A stretch of 64,000 bases of DNA from Reclinomonas americana ATCC 50394 (taxonomy: Eukaryota), in NCBI GenBank assembly GCA_048213135.1, contig PS015022.1:232915-296914 (forward strand), in the 5' to 3' direction. Each line of letters starts with the position of its first letter. The stretch's first letter is position 1. A program made the translations under genes and the position numbers. Positions 26,701-38,900 of this stretch are shown here, one piece after another. The notes under the pieces were generated by a model. It was given only the letters and a program-made list of their open reading frames with translations, searched no databases and was not told the origin of the DNA.

Positions 26701-29147
26701 TACTTGCACATGTTGCATTAAGTTGACAGTGTACATGCTGCGCCAGATACTCCACTACCGCCGTCGCCGTCGGCCAGCGAGGTATCACTGCGCTTGCACG
26801 CACGGTGGATGCTTGCTCGTATCCTTGTCGACGTTCGTGTCGGTGATGGAGTCGCAACTGCAGGTGCGCACGTTTCCTGCGAATCTTGACAGCCGTCTGC
26901 CCTGCTTCCCTCACTGTCTGATTCCCTCCACAGACCTCCCCGCCGCATGTGTGCTGGCCGACGAGGCTGTGAAAGTTGCCGAGGAAGTGTACGGCAGGCA
27001 TGCGAATCTGCTCAGTGCCACCGCGCACAACAATCTCGCCTTTGTGCTTCTCCGAGGTGTGAGAGTTGACAGAGTTTGCATCTTTACTTCTCCGTCCGAA
27101 TGTCACTAACGTTCGTGTTATGTTGCGCCAAAGATCCAGAACCCTCGGAAGCCGCCTTGCGCCGCGCCTATGTGGCCATTGAGACTGCGCAGACCATGCT
27201 GTCGACATTGCTGCCGGCCAAGCATCCAGCCCTCACCAAGTCCGTCGCGCCTGCGCATGTGTACATGCACTCCCTCGTTGTGCTGACCTCCGCGCACTTC
27301 ATGACCACAGGCTTGCACACACGGTTGCCACCGCAGCTGGTGACTCGTCGCTGTCGCACATGTCGTTAAAGGTGAATGCCGCGGAGCGCACGTGGGCCGA
27401 GTGGCAGCACGCCATACACCATGCGCACGATGTGTGGCGCACTGAATGTAAATCGCGTGTCCCTCGCGCACCGGATCCGGCCGTGGTCGACGCGCTGCTC
27501 GGCTTCTTGGTGAAGCGGAACATGAGCGGCACTGTGACGAGTAGTTGCGTTGGGAGGATGTGTATCATCTCGCCGCCGTTCTTGTCGCAGAGGAGGCCAC
27601 TCACACGAATCATGGGCAATGTAACACAGGCGGAAGTGACTATGTGCCAATGGCCGTGAGCGCCTCCGGTTCGTGCCGTGCTCTGCAGCAGATGCTGGAG
27701 TTGCTGGAGGCCACCTGGCTGTTGCGTCGAGCGCGCTGCCATTCCGTTTTTGTTGGTGTGCTGACCGACGATCGCGCCAGTGATTTGCGCGACTCGTCGA
27801 GTGCGGAGCAGAGGCGGAGAAACTTGCGGGCTGCGTGTCGTGTCGCCGTACAGACCGCACATTTCGCCAACTGCGTTGCGTCTGCGACTCTGTGCTACTC
27901 GTGTCCTTTTGTTCACGTCTCCGCGACTCACGTGCTTGGTGCAGGTACTCGGGTGGCAACACGGTGTCACCATTGCCGTCACACTACGCCTGGCCAAGTT
28001 GTGCGCTCTCTGCGGTCTCTTTGACGATGTGCAAGCCGTGCTTCATCGGGTGCTGGCCTCTCTCGAAGTGGTGACGTATGCGCGGCGACCGTTGATGGTG
28101 GAAGTGGTCACGTTTATCACCTGCGAGGCTGCGATGGCGTATCGCGAGGCCTCGCAAGTGATTCTGCAGTCTCCAGGCAGCGCGAGCGTGCAGAATGCCG
28201 CTGACACGGCGGCCGGTGTGCTCGGTATGGCACCAGTGCCTCCGCGCGGACTGCGCACGTCGGGCATGTCATCGTGGGCCGGTCTGCCACTCTGCCTGCT
28301 GGCGCACGCGGTGCAGTGGGCGCTGACGGAGCGATGCTTTGAGCGATGCAGTTGCGTCTGCATGTCAGATCACCCATCGTGTCTTCTCCCCCTCTCACTC
28401 TCACACTTGTGGCCGTGCACAGTGTCTCTCGGCGCAGAATTGATTCACGAGCTGGAGGCGCGCGCAGCGCACGACGAGGTGCCGACGTACATGTCGATGA
28501 ATGAGAGCTACATGTTTGTGATCACGACCAAGAATATGGCGGTGGCAGCCGACCGCCTCGGCGACTACCAGCGTGCCGCCGAGGGCTACTTTGCACTCTA
28601 CTTGACGTATGCCAGATTATGTTGCGTGCGCGGATTGCAGTCATCCGCTTCATGTTATGCCAGATGCTTCTTCTCCTCACTGCGGGTTCGACCGGCAGAT
28701 GGACGCATGCACAAGAGATGTGTGCACGGTGAGCCTCAGCGAGCAATGTGGTCGTCGTATGTATGTTGTTTTGACTCCGTGGACATGCATCTACAGCGCT
28801 GGTAACGGTGGGCAGTGAGCGACTGAATGGCGGTGAGATCGAGGCCGCAGTGCGTGTCTTCAACGAGGCGTTGGAGATGCAAGAGGAACTGTCGGGCGGT
28901 TGCGATGCCGGAGACTACTTTAGTATTGGTTGGTTTTGCTGTGCTGTATGGCAGAAGTGCTCGTTCACTCACTCACTCACTCGTCCGCGCAGTGAATGTT
29001 ATCGCCGACGCCTTCCTGCAGCACTCTGGCGAGGAGCGTCGTGCACTGGACCTGTTCAGCACCGTACTGGCTCGCGTATCGACCACCAGTCCTAATTATC
29101 AGTCGCTACGACAAAAGTACGCCGCCGTGCAGAGTCTGCTACAATAA
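23783..29147 (+). CDS. Large multi-exon protein with degenerate STAND/NB-ARC-like N-terminal region and C-terminal TPR-like repeats
   Basis: TPR-like segments EEVYGRHANLLSATAHNNLAFVL, TTKNMAVAADRLGDYQRAAEGY, GEIEAAVRVFNEALEMQEEL. N-terminal remnants LDGRLFVPGK|ETMFLVHLAH, KILLVE, ALQRLCSLNLV, YRLSPAVRQF. Frame-consistent introns where checked; some internal junctions are uncertain. Confidence 0.55.
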
Positions 29148-29192
29148 TAGTGTGTGAAGTGAAATGAATTGAGACTACTAGTACAATATGAT

Positions 29193-32025
29193 TCAGTGAT
29201 GACTATCGTGAAAGGCTAGGAGACGCCGCAGGTCGTCCGGCTCCGGTGTTCGTCGTAACGGGTCGAGATCGTTCCCAATCTCCGACGGCAGGTCCAAGTG
29301 CTGTCGCTTGTGCGGCACGTCGTCGCCAAAATCAGCGCCACTGCCGCCCATGCCAACAGAGCCGTCGGCCATGGAGGAGAATGTTCGCTTCCGACTACCC
29401 TCCACAGTCAGCGTGCCGAGTGGGGTCAGTGCGCCGTCGCCACGCACAGGCGACGGATTGGCGCTGACCGAGTGAAAGGCCGACAGCAGACCGTCGCCAG
29501 GCGCCAGCAGACCAACGAGGTCTGCTGACGGCGGTGGCGGCGGTGGCTGCTGCTGCTGCTGGTGGTGATCTTCCTGCTGCGGGTGTGGTCGGCTGCCGCC
29601 CTCCCCGACTCCGTGCCCCTGGGGATGTGTTATTATGGCCGTGGGTACGATTCCTGATGCAGCCGGGAGGTGCTGGAGGTGTGGCAGGTGCGGGAGTGCG
29701 TGGAACTGTGAAGCGGGCAGGGGTACGGCGTACGGCTGCTGCGATTGTGGTGGCAACGCGGACGGCATTGCGACGCCGATTGGCACACCAGACGCGGTCG
29801 CAGCAGCTCCGCCGCCTGCGGGCACAGACGACAACGGATACTGCTGCGTCGCATACTGATGTGGCGAGGCCGGCGTTTGTCGTATGTGGTGCTGCAGCAG
29901 CTCCTGCTCCTGCTGACGCAACAAGTACGTGTGCAGTGCGGCGGCTCGTGTGGGCGACATGAGTTGCGAGTTTGGAGATGTCGGAATGTCACCGGGCATA
30001 AGCTGCTGCACGTACGCGAAATGAGTGTGACAGGAGGAAAGAGTCAATGAAAAAAGACACGCACTGTATCGGTTCGGCTGCTGCTGCCAGTCGGCGATTG
30101 CGCGACAGGCAGACCTGCACGCTGTCGCTGCATGGCCAGCAGCTGCGTCAGTGGCAAGATGGAACCGTCGGGCAGTTGCACACTGTAGGCGCTGATGGGC
30201 AGGCCCGCGGCACCAGCGGGCGGGCCAATGTAGTGAGCTCCGTAGTAGCTCATGCCTGCAACAACCACAAGTGCGTATAATGTGTGGGGTGAGCAATAGC
30301 GCAGCGATAAAACCCACACTTCTGCCAACCGACATGTGTGCGAAAGCAGAACAACGAGCAGAAAACACGACAAGTTGTGAGAAAGAAAACAGAAATACCG
30401 ACAAAGGCCATGTCCCCAACCCCAGCAAGCCACACAATGCAACTACTGCAGCAAAGGTCGTAGGCAACATGTAGCGACATTAGATAGGTGCCGCTGTGGT
30501 GGGCGCGCGAAGAAAGGGCGGCGGTGTGCAATGTGCGGTTGTGGGTGCCATGGCGGCCCCACACGCGCCCCATTGCCCACGCGCCAATGCAGGAGTCCTC
30601 GCTCACTTGCATGCGCTTCTCTCACGCAAGATAGCAGGCATTCCAATGAGAAGAGGAATAGAGTGGGAGTGGGGAAATGAGGCAAGAGAGAGCGAACATG
30701 TGCGGCAACACGACATGCAACAGTGGGCGAGTGAGTGAGCGGACAGTGAAGAAAGGAACCGAGGAGAAGCAGGAGGAGGAGAATGCCCATGTGCGCATAA
30801 GGAACACCACGAGGGTGGAGCCGCGACTGCACAAGTCACTCGAGTGTTTCCTAATTTGGCCATGCGAGAAACCGCGTACCTGCAGCAGAGACGGCGGCAG
30901 CCGCGGCAGTGGTGGCCGACGCCGGATCCATCACCATATCCTCCAACACCTCTGGCACATCTATGCTGGGGTGTCGGGGGGTCGTTGTCGCCGTTTTGCG
31001 CTGTGCAGGTGGTCGATGTCGCGCTCCGGCCGCCTTCCTTCTCCTCTTCCTCTTCTTGCCGTTCTTGCCATCGACGCTGTCGTCATCGTCGTCGTCATCA
31101 TCATCATCCTCATCGTCGTGGTCCACTACATCGTCCTCTTCCCCGCTGTTGTCGTCGGCGGCGGCAGCGGCGGCCTTGCCGGCATCCGCGTCGTCATCGC
31201 CGTCGCCGACTCGCAGAGGTTTCGGGCGTCGCTGTCGCAGCTTGCGTGCACTGGAAGGTGTCGCGGCTGATGCTGCAGCAGCAGAAGCCGCGGCTGTTGG
31301 AGTCGTGGTGGTGGTGGTCGTTGTTGTTGTTGTTGATGTTGTCGTCATTGACGGCATCAGTGGCGTTGGCTTGGACAGGGGCGAGGTGATGGCGGCGGCA
31401 GCAGACACACTAAAGCTGAGCATCAGCTCACGCAGCGCCTGCTCGGGCGACTCGTGGCGGCATCCGGCGGTTCGCTTGCCCACGAGTGCATCAGCACGGT
31501 CTTGATACAGTGCAATCATGGAGCGCGCCAACTCTTCCACTTGCGCCGGCGTGCGCTCGCGGTTGGTGGGCGTTGGTGGCTCGCCTCCGCCTGAGGGCGA
31601 CGTGGGCGTGTCATCGCCACGCTTGCGCTGTTCACGGAAGACCTTGGAACGTTGATTCTGGAACCAATTAAACACCTGTTGCGTCGCCGACGTGGTGATG
31701 AGTGGGGTTTTTCATGAATACACACACACATGCAAACAAGAACAGGGAGGAGTGTGTGTTTTGCGCGCGCAACTCGTGCCACATCAACGCCAAGCAAGTG
31801 TGCGATAAAGTACCGCTCAGCCTTCTCCGGGTACCGTTCACTGGCAAAGAACGCCTCCAGCAGGTCGCACTGTTCACGCGAAAAGCGGGCTTTTGATTTG
31901 GACTTGCGTCGCTGCACTCGCGCACCTCCTCCTCCTGCACTGCCTCGTGTTGCTGTGGGAGTGGAGGCAGCAGCCAGTGTGCCTCCCTCGCCAGACGACT
32001 GAGTGTCGCTGTCCTGATCCGACAT
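29193..32025 (-). CDS. Homeodomain transcription factor (non-TALE, Q50) with long acidic and Q/P-rich C-terminus
   Basis: KSKARFSREQCDLLEAFFASERYPEKAERYFIAHLLGVDVAR|VFNWFQNQRSK. The link to exons at 29193-30255 relies on one phase-compatible intron of about 620 nt and is less certain. Confidence 0.8.
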
Positions 32026-32884
32026 TCAGGCACACACGTGCACTCCACAGCTCTCTACACAACAGCACGCGCAGGCAAGTGAGCTTACAACTCTGTGTGC
32101 GTGCGTGCGTGTGCGTGTGTGTGTGCTTGCGTGCGTGCGAGAAGAGCGAGGTCGGGGCTAAAAAGTACGCCGATGACCAAATTTGGAAATCTGTGCGTCT
32201 CGTGTGTTCGAAGGTGCACCCGATCGCCGACATAAAAAGCGCGCGAGAGGCACACAAGAATACGCGTATCTCTCTCTGTGTCACACACACACTCTCACTA
32301 TGCTGTATCTCTGTACAGAGAAGGGAAAAGAAAAAAGAAGGGATACCGGACATGGAAGGTGATCGCCGATCAGGCAAGCAAATCCCCACTGTTGCAGTCG
32401 CACACACACACACACGCACACACACGCACAGCACACACAGCGAAGCCACTTGCCAGTGGTACACACAAGTGAGTGAGTGCGCGTGCTCACTATACATGAG
32501 TGCATAAGAGTGAGATCCAAGCCGCGCAAGATAACGGTGCATGCATCATGCTGCCTCTTGACACACGCACACTTGCATACATGCTCTCATACACACACAC
32601 GAGGATGACACACGAGCAGCGGAGAGAAGCGCGCAGTGACACTTACACAAACGGGAGGCCTGTGCGAGATGGCCGGCCTCACTCACTCACTCACTCGCTC
32701 TCACGTGCGCGCACACACACACAGCGAGGTGCACTTGATAGAGAGAGAGAATGACACAGAGAGCAAGAGAGAAAGAGAGAGAGCGCGCGACTCGCCTGCA
32801 CGCGGACGTCTCAATGTGTCGGGAATGCGCATCGGTCGGCCGAGTGGACAAGATATCGACGGTCGAGTTCATGCTGCGTTTCTT

Positions 32885-34398
32885 TTACTCGGATTCATCG
32901 ACAGCAGTGACGGTTGTAGTCGTAGTTGAGCCTGATTGGGCATTGGCGGCGGCCGCAGCGGCTGCACGGTCGATATTCACTCGTTTTCGCATTTCTGCGC
33001 GCCCGACTGGACATCTGTGCCGAGTGCATTGGGCCGGCGTGGCACAGGTTAGGCATATATGTAGAAGCAAACTGTGAATCGCATATTCGCAACGTGTCAT
33101 TGATCCGGCATCGCCAGCATTGCGGGTTCACCGGCTGGCATATGGTTTGTCCAAAGCCCACCTGCGAAAGGCGTCGGCATGTGCATCTCGCTCTCTCTCT
33201 CTCTCTCTCCCTCCCTCAGTGTGTGGCACTGACCAGCAGCGGGTTGATCTCGAACCAGTGCTCACGCGGCAGCCACGACTCGAGTTCCTTGCGTGTGGCC
33301 TCCGGGTCCTTGGTCTGGTGCACCCACCGCAGGCGATTGCTGATGCGGTGCACGTGCACGTCGACACCAATGCCTGTGAGTGATGGACGTCGACGTGTGA
33401 GGCGTGCAGCAAGAGGTGACGGGTGGCACGAAGGCCGAGGCGCACCATCGGTCTGCCCGTACGCAATGCTGAGGAACAGGTAGCCCATCTTCGGTCCAAC
33501 GCCTGCACACGCCACACCCCGCGCGCACGCGAGTGTTACACAACGAGAGTCATTGTCTCCCCGCCACTCATCGCACCGCACCTGGCAGCGCGCACAGCTC
33601 CTCGATGGTGCGCGGAGTGTCGCCACCGTACTGATCGCGCAACACCTGCGCCGTTCGCTTCAGGTACTCGGCCTTGCGCCGGTAGAATCCCACAGGGTAG
33701 ATGAGCTGCGACAGTGTGGCCTCTGGTGTCTCCAGCACCTTGTCCACCGTCAATCCAAAGTCCTTTTTCAACACGGCAATGAGCGTCGCGTCGTCAGTGA
33801 CACTGACCACCAAAAAGCGCAACTCGCAATCGTCGCATGGCTGCCGCATTAATGTCGTCCTTGGTCTGCGAACTCAGCATGAGGCTGACCAGATAGTGGA
33901 AGCGAATGGTGGCCGGTGGCGCGCTCAGATCGGCCACTGTGCCGCAACCCGAGCGATCCACTACACACACAAACAGTGAGCGATGGATGCAGACGCAGAG
34001 GGAAGGGAGCGACAAGCCTGGCGCATCGCGATTCTGTGCACGACGAGTGAGCGATGAGAGGAGGCAGATGCAGAGAGAGAGAGAGGGGCGGGCGGAGGCA
34101 ACGAAACCGCGCGCATGAGTTTGATTCCGCGGAGCTGTTCCTCCCAGTGTGGCGGCACCGACGACGCACGACGTTTGGTCTCCGGCTCACCGTCCTCATC
34201 CTTCCCGTCCTCTTCCTCCTCCTCGGTCTTTGGCGGTCTCTCCAACGCAACTTGGATACGTCGCTTCTTCCGCGACGTTCCTCCGTCCGCCGCAGTTATC
34301 ACGCTCGATTCTGCCGCCATCACAGTGCTCTCTGTTGCCGCTGTCGTCGCCATCGTCACAGCAGCGCGAGTGAGTTGCGATCGCGTGCGACCGATCAT
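32885..34398 (-). CDS. NTH1: Endonuclease III homolog (HhH-GPD DNA glycosylase/AP lyase with 4Fe-4S cluster)
   Basis: [61 protein letters not shown], cluster motif [18 protein letters not shown]. Confidence 0.95.
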
Positions 34399-34632
34399 TT
34401 TTCTCGCCGCGTCCTGCTGGTGTCCCACGGATCGGCCGTTTTGAATCCAATCCCTGGTGAGTGCGCTGTCTCTCTCTCTCTCCCNNNNNNNNNNNNNNNN
34501 NNNNTACTACCTACCGTCGTCGTGTCGCGTCGTCTCTCTCTCTCTCCTCCTCCTCTCTCTCTCCTCCTCTCTCTCTCTCTCTCTCTCTCCCTCACTTGCC
34601 CTCCCACAGATCTCGACAACTCCTCAAACACA

Positions 34633-35821
34633 ATGTCAGAGAAGAAACCTGCAGCTCGTGAGAGAGGTCGTGCCACTGGACGCAGTCCTTCGCCTGCTCG
34701 CGACTCCAGCAAGAAGCCCTCAGCAGCAGCAGGAGCAGCAGCCGGTCAGCTATTTCCCCCCTCTCTTTGTTGTCCTTATTGTTGATCACGACTCACTGAT
34801 CATGACGCGTCTCAGATGGAGGAGGAGCGCAGCAAGAGCGCAGCTTGTCTCCCACACCTTATCCGCGCTTTCAGGGCCGTCGAAGCGCCAGTTCACAAGC
34901 CGCACCACTGCGTAAGGAAGTTGAGTGCACTCTCTCTCCCTTCCTTCCTCTCCTTCTCTCTCTGACGTTGTGGCGATCAGTGGACAAGCTCGTTGTATCG
35001 CGGTGGAGACGGCACGCACAGTGGCATTCCGGTGAGCCGACGCGAAGTCGAGGCCGCCTTCCGCTTCTTCGATGTCGGCAACAAGGGCGTGTTGACACCA
35101 AAGGATCTGCGCGATCGCCTTGGTGTCTTTTACGAGAAGCTCACTCCGCAGGAGTATCGGTGAGAGTTGTCTCATTCAATCTCTCTTCTTCTCATCCTTT
35201 GCTCATTCATGTCGCCGCAGCTTCCTCATCCCGGAAAAGGACTTCACCGTCGACAAGCTGTATGCGCTGCTAGCCAACAACGACCTCACGAATTTTGATC
35301 CGGTGCGTGAGGCCTACAAGCTGTTTGACCCCGAGGACAAGGGCTTTGTCGACGAGGCCATGTTGCGCAAGTTCATGGGCGCGCTGAACTTTGGCGAGTT
35401 GAACGATGAGGACATTGAGGCGCTCATCAAGGTCGCTGATACCGACGGCGATGGTGTGATCTCGATGGATGACTTTAGGCACATGCTGGACTCGCAGTTG
35501 CGTCTGTGGAGGGAGTGGAGTGGTTCCTTTTTTCGTTGTATGTGTGGCTCACTCTGTGTGTTCGTGCTCAGGCGCGAGGAGGAGCTCAAGTCGGAGTGGA
35601 CAGCAGCCGATGCGATCGCCATGGCCGAGGAGAAGGAGCGCCAGCGTGCCGGTCTGTCGTCATCAAAGAGCGGTGCTGGCGGCAGGGGTCACGCTGGTGG
35701 ACCGTCATCTTCGTCCGTCGGTGCCGGCAGCGGAAGCGGTGGTGGTGGTGCTGGCGGCAGTGGCAGCGGTGGTGTTGTCGGTGATTCGGAGGAGGGTGGT
35801 GGATCAGACGATGACCTTTGA
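34633..35821 (+). CDS. Calmodulin/centrin-like EF-hand protein, 5 exons, Gly/Ser-rich tail
   Basis: AFRFFDVGNKGVLT, EAYKLFDPEDKGFVD, ADTDGDGVISMDDF. Confidence 0.85.
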
Positions 35822-35916
35822 GGTAGCAGGAGTAGTAGGAGAATGCGCAGAAAAAATTATCGGCAAAATGGTTGGGGAAAAAGAGAATGGATTGTATTGA
35901 GCTTCGAGTGTTGTTG

Positions 35917-38900
35917 TTATCGCTTCGTCATCGCAACAGCGGCAGCACCACGCTCGAACCACATTGCCGGTGTCGTGTTGCGACGGATCGGCAGCTGCAG
36001 GGTGACCAGCAAGTCGGCACGCGTGTGGTTCAGGTACAGCGGCAGGTTGACCATGTGGTTTGCTGTGAGGGAGATTAGCAAACAAACAACAGCAGCAGCA
36101 TGCCCAAGTTACAGGAAGCGAACCAATGGGTGGCGTGTCAATGGGCACCCACGAGAAACCCACGAGCGGTAGTGGTGAGTCCACCTCCGACGTGAGCGCC
36201 AGTGCGCCGTCCTCGGCCACCCACTCGGCACTCTCCAACGACAGTCCGACCACACCAAAAGAGTCGGCGGAGACGGCCGACGGATCGCTGCTGTCGAGCA
36301 CCTTGACTTGCAGGCGCAGCGTCTCGAGGGAACGGCCGAGCGCGTGTGCCACACTCTGTCGCGTGGCCGTGATGAACGCGCCCGGGAACAGCAGCGCACC
36401 CAACTCGATGCGATCGCGGCAGAAATTGGCGCTGGCCGAGATGCGTTGCAGCTGGCGCACACGCTTCGCAAAGTCGGGCACCCAGTCGCTGAGACGCATC
36501 GTCGATGGCACCACGTAGCGGCGCCAGCCAGACGGGATCAGATCTGCAACGCAACGGGTTGGTGAGCCCGGTGGCGATGCGCGAAAGCACACAAACACAC
36601 ACAAACACACACACCCTTCTGGATATTCTCCATCAGCGTTCGCGTGTGATTGGTGAGCTTGTTGCGACCCTGGCACACGGAAAGCACGCTGCGAATGTCG
36701 GCAAACACGGCCTCCAGCAGCGAGCTCGCCGCATTGACTTCGCGATCGAAGCAGCGGAAAAGCGGATCCTCCACACGCTCGGCCGTGCGCACCATGCGCT
36801 CGAGATTGTCGGGGAGCACCTGCGTCCACGACTCCACCGCCTGCGCCACTTGGCGGAACACAGCGGAGCCAGAGCCTGCGTTACCGAGAAGTTAGTCATA
36901 CTCTTCTCTCTCTGGCTCTCCCACCTCTCCCTCTCTCTCTCTCACCATCGGCTCCACGCGACCCACTGGCTGCGGAAGCGGGCGCCGCGGCAGAAGCGCC
37001 ACCCTTGGATGGAGTGCTGGGAGTGACGTAGGCGCTTTCGACCTCGTGCAGCGTCTGCAGCTGGATGGTCTTGGCGAGTGTGTCGGAACCCTCCTTCTCC
37101 AGACGCACTCGGGCCGCGTGCAGCGGAAGACCAATCCACTCCGGTGTCTCCGTGTCCGGCAACTCCTGCACCCACGCCAACACCTGCTCGGTCTCGCGAC
37201 CCTCCGGCAGTCGGATGCCGCTCTCCGAGCCCTCGGCAGTGGACAGCTGCGCCAGCTCGAACGCCAGTGAGTAGCCGCTCGGGGTCAGGAACTTGCGCAG
37301 CAGACCCGACAGCAGGCGCATGTCAAAGTCGTTGTCGACACGACCTCCGTACACGGCTTCCTCCAGCAGCGTGTGCAACGCTGGCCACGGAATCGACTGC
37401 GGCGGCACATTGATGCGTCCATCGGTGACGCTGTCGAGCCAGCTGTCGATCGTGTCCAGCGCAAAGCGCAAGTCACTCTCGTTGAACTCGTACTTTTTGC
37501 TCCAGCCTGCCGATGCGCAGGTGTGAGAGAGGGCGCCAACAGACAGAAATGAAACAAACAGTGGTGAGACAACGCACCAAGAGGAGCAAACTGCAGGCGC
37601 TCTTGCACGACGGCGTGGAACCATGCCAGCAAAACATGCAAGCGGGAGCGCTCGACGGGCGGCTTTTCGATGCGACCACGGTGCACAATCGTGGAGAAGG
37701 TGTGCATCAGGTTGGCCTTGACGCCAGGCGGCTGCTCAAACACCAGCACGCGCGAGCGGCGAATGAGACTGCGTGGCAGCTCCGGGTGGATCTCGGCCGC
37801 CAAGAACAGGCGGAACGAGGTGTTGTTGATGCCCTTTTCCAACTGCCACGAGTGCAGCTCCTTCTCCAGCTCGGCCAAGTAGCGCGGCACAAGGTGCACA
37901 TTCTCCAGCAACACCCAAGCACCCGTCTGTGAGCGGCATTGGCACACGTCGATCAGCAAGGGTCAATGAGCAAACAAGCAAGCACGTGTGTGCACGCACC
38001 ATCTTGGCATTCGCAATGGTCTTTTGCGCCACAGCCACACTCTCGCCCGTGCCCATCGCCACCGTGTTCAAGTGGCGGCGCTTGCTCTCGGCGGCCTCAA
38101 TCACCGAGCTGCTGGCCTCGTAGCCCGGTGAGCAGCACAGCATGATCGGCGTGTACACGTCAACCTCGGTGTCGGCGGCGCTCTCCAGCGACGTTGACGG
38201 AGGCTGCAGGAAGTCGCGGCCAAACACGGCCTTTACGAAGCCGCGCAACGCCGACGCCAGTGAGTCCAAACGGAACGACTTGACCACCATCACCGAGAGG
38301 AACGACTGACGAATAGCGGCAGCTGATGCGACACGAGAAAAGGTGAGCTGCACACAACAAGCGGCAAGGCAACCAGACAAAAGAACATACCGCGCTCATC
38401 CCGCGGCATCTCGGAGCGCCAGCATTGCGGCACATGGCGGTGACCGTCGGCCACCGTCAGGAACTCCTTCCACTGCTGCTTCGACGAGTTCATGTGCTCC
38501 AGGATGCCAGCAAAGTCGGGGAAGCGACGCAGCTGCGGGGGCACACACGCATAAGAAAACAACAACGACAACACAAGGAGCGATGAACGCACCTCGAGCA
38601 GTGCACGCTTCTGGGTCGACTTCAAGTTCAAGTCGGCCGGCACGGCAACGGCGGCGAGCTGCTCGTCGGTCACAGCTTGAGCAGACCCCTGCGAACACGT
38701 GTTGTTGTTGATGTGAGACGAGCTCACGACACACACACACACACAACAGAGATGCGTGACGCAACCTTCAGCACAAAGTCCCACTGTTGCGGGTCCATCT
38801 CGGACGGCGAGTCCGACAGACGAATGTGCGCGAGGCGCACAGCAAATGCCAGTCGATCACGCTCCAGCATACCGCGGCTCACCATCTGGTACAGTGTCAC

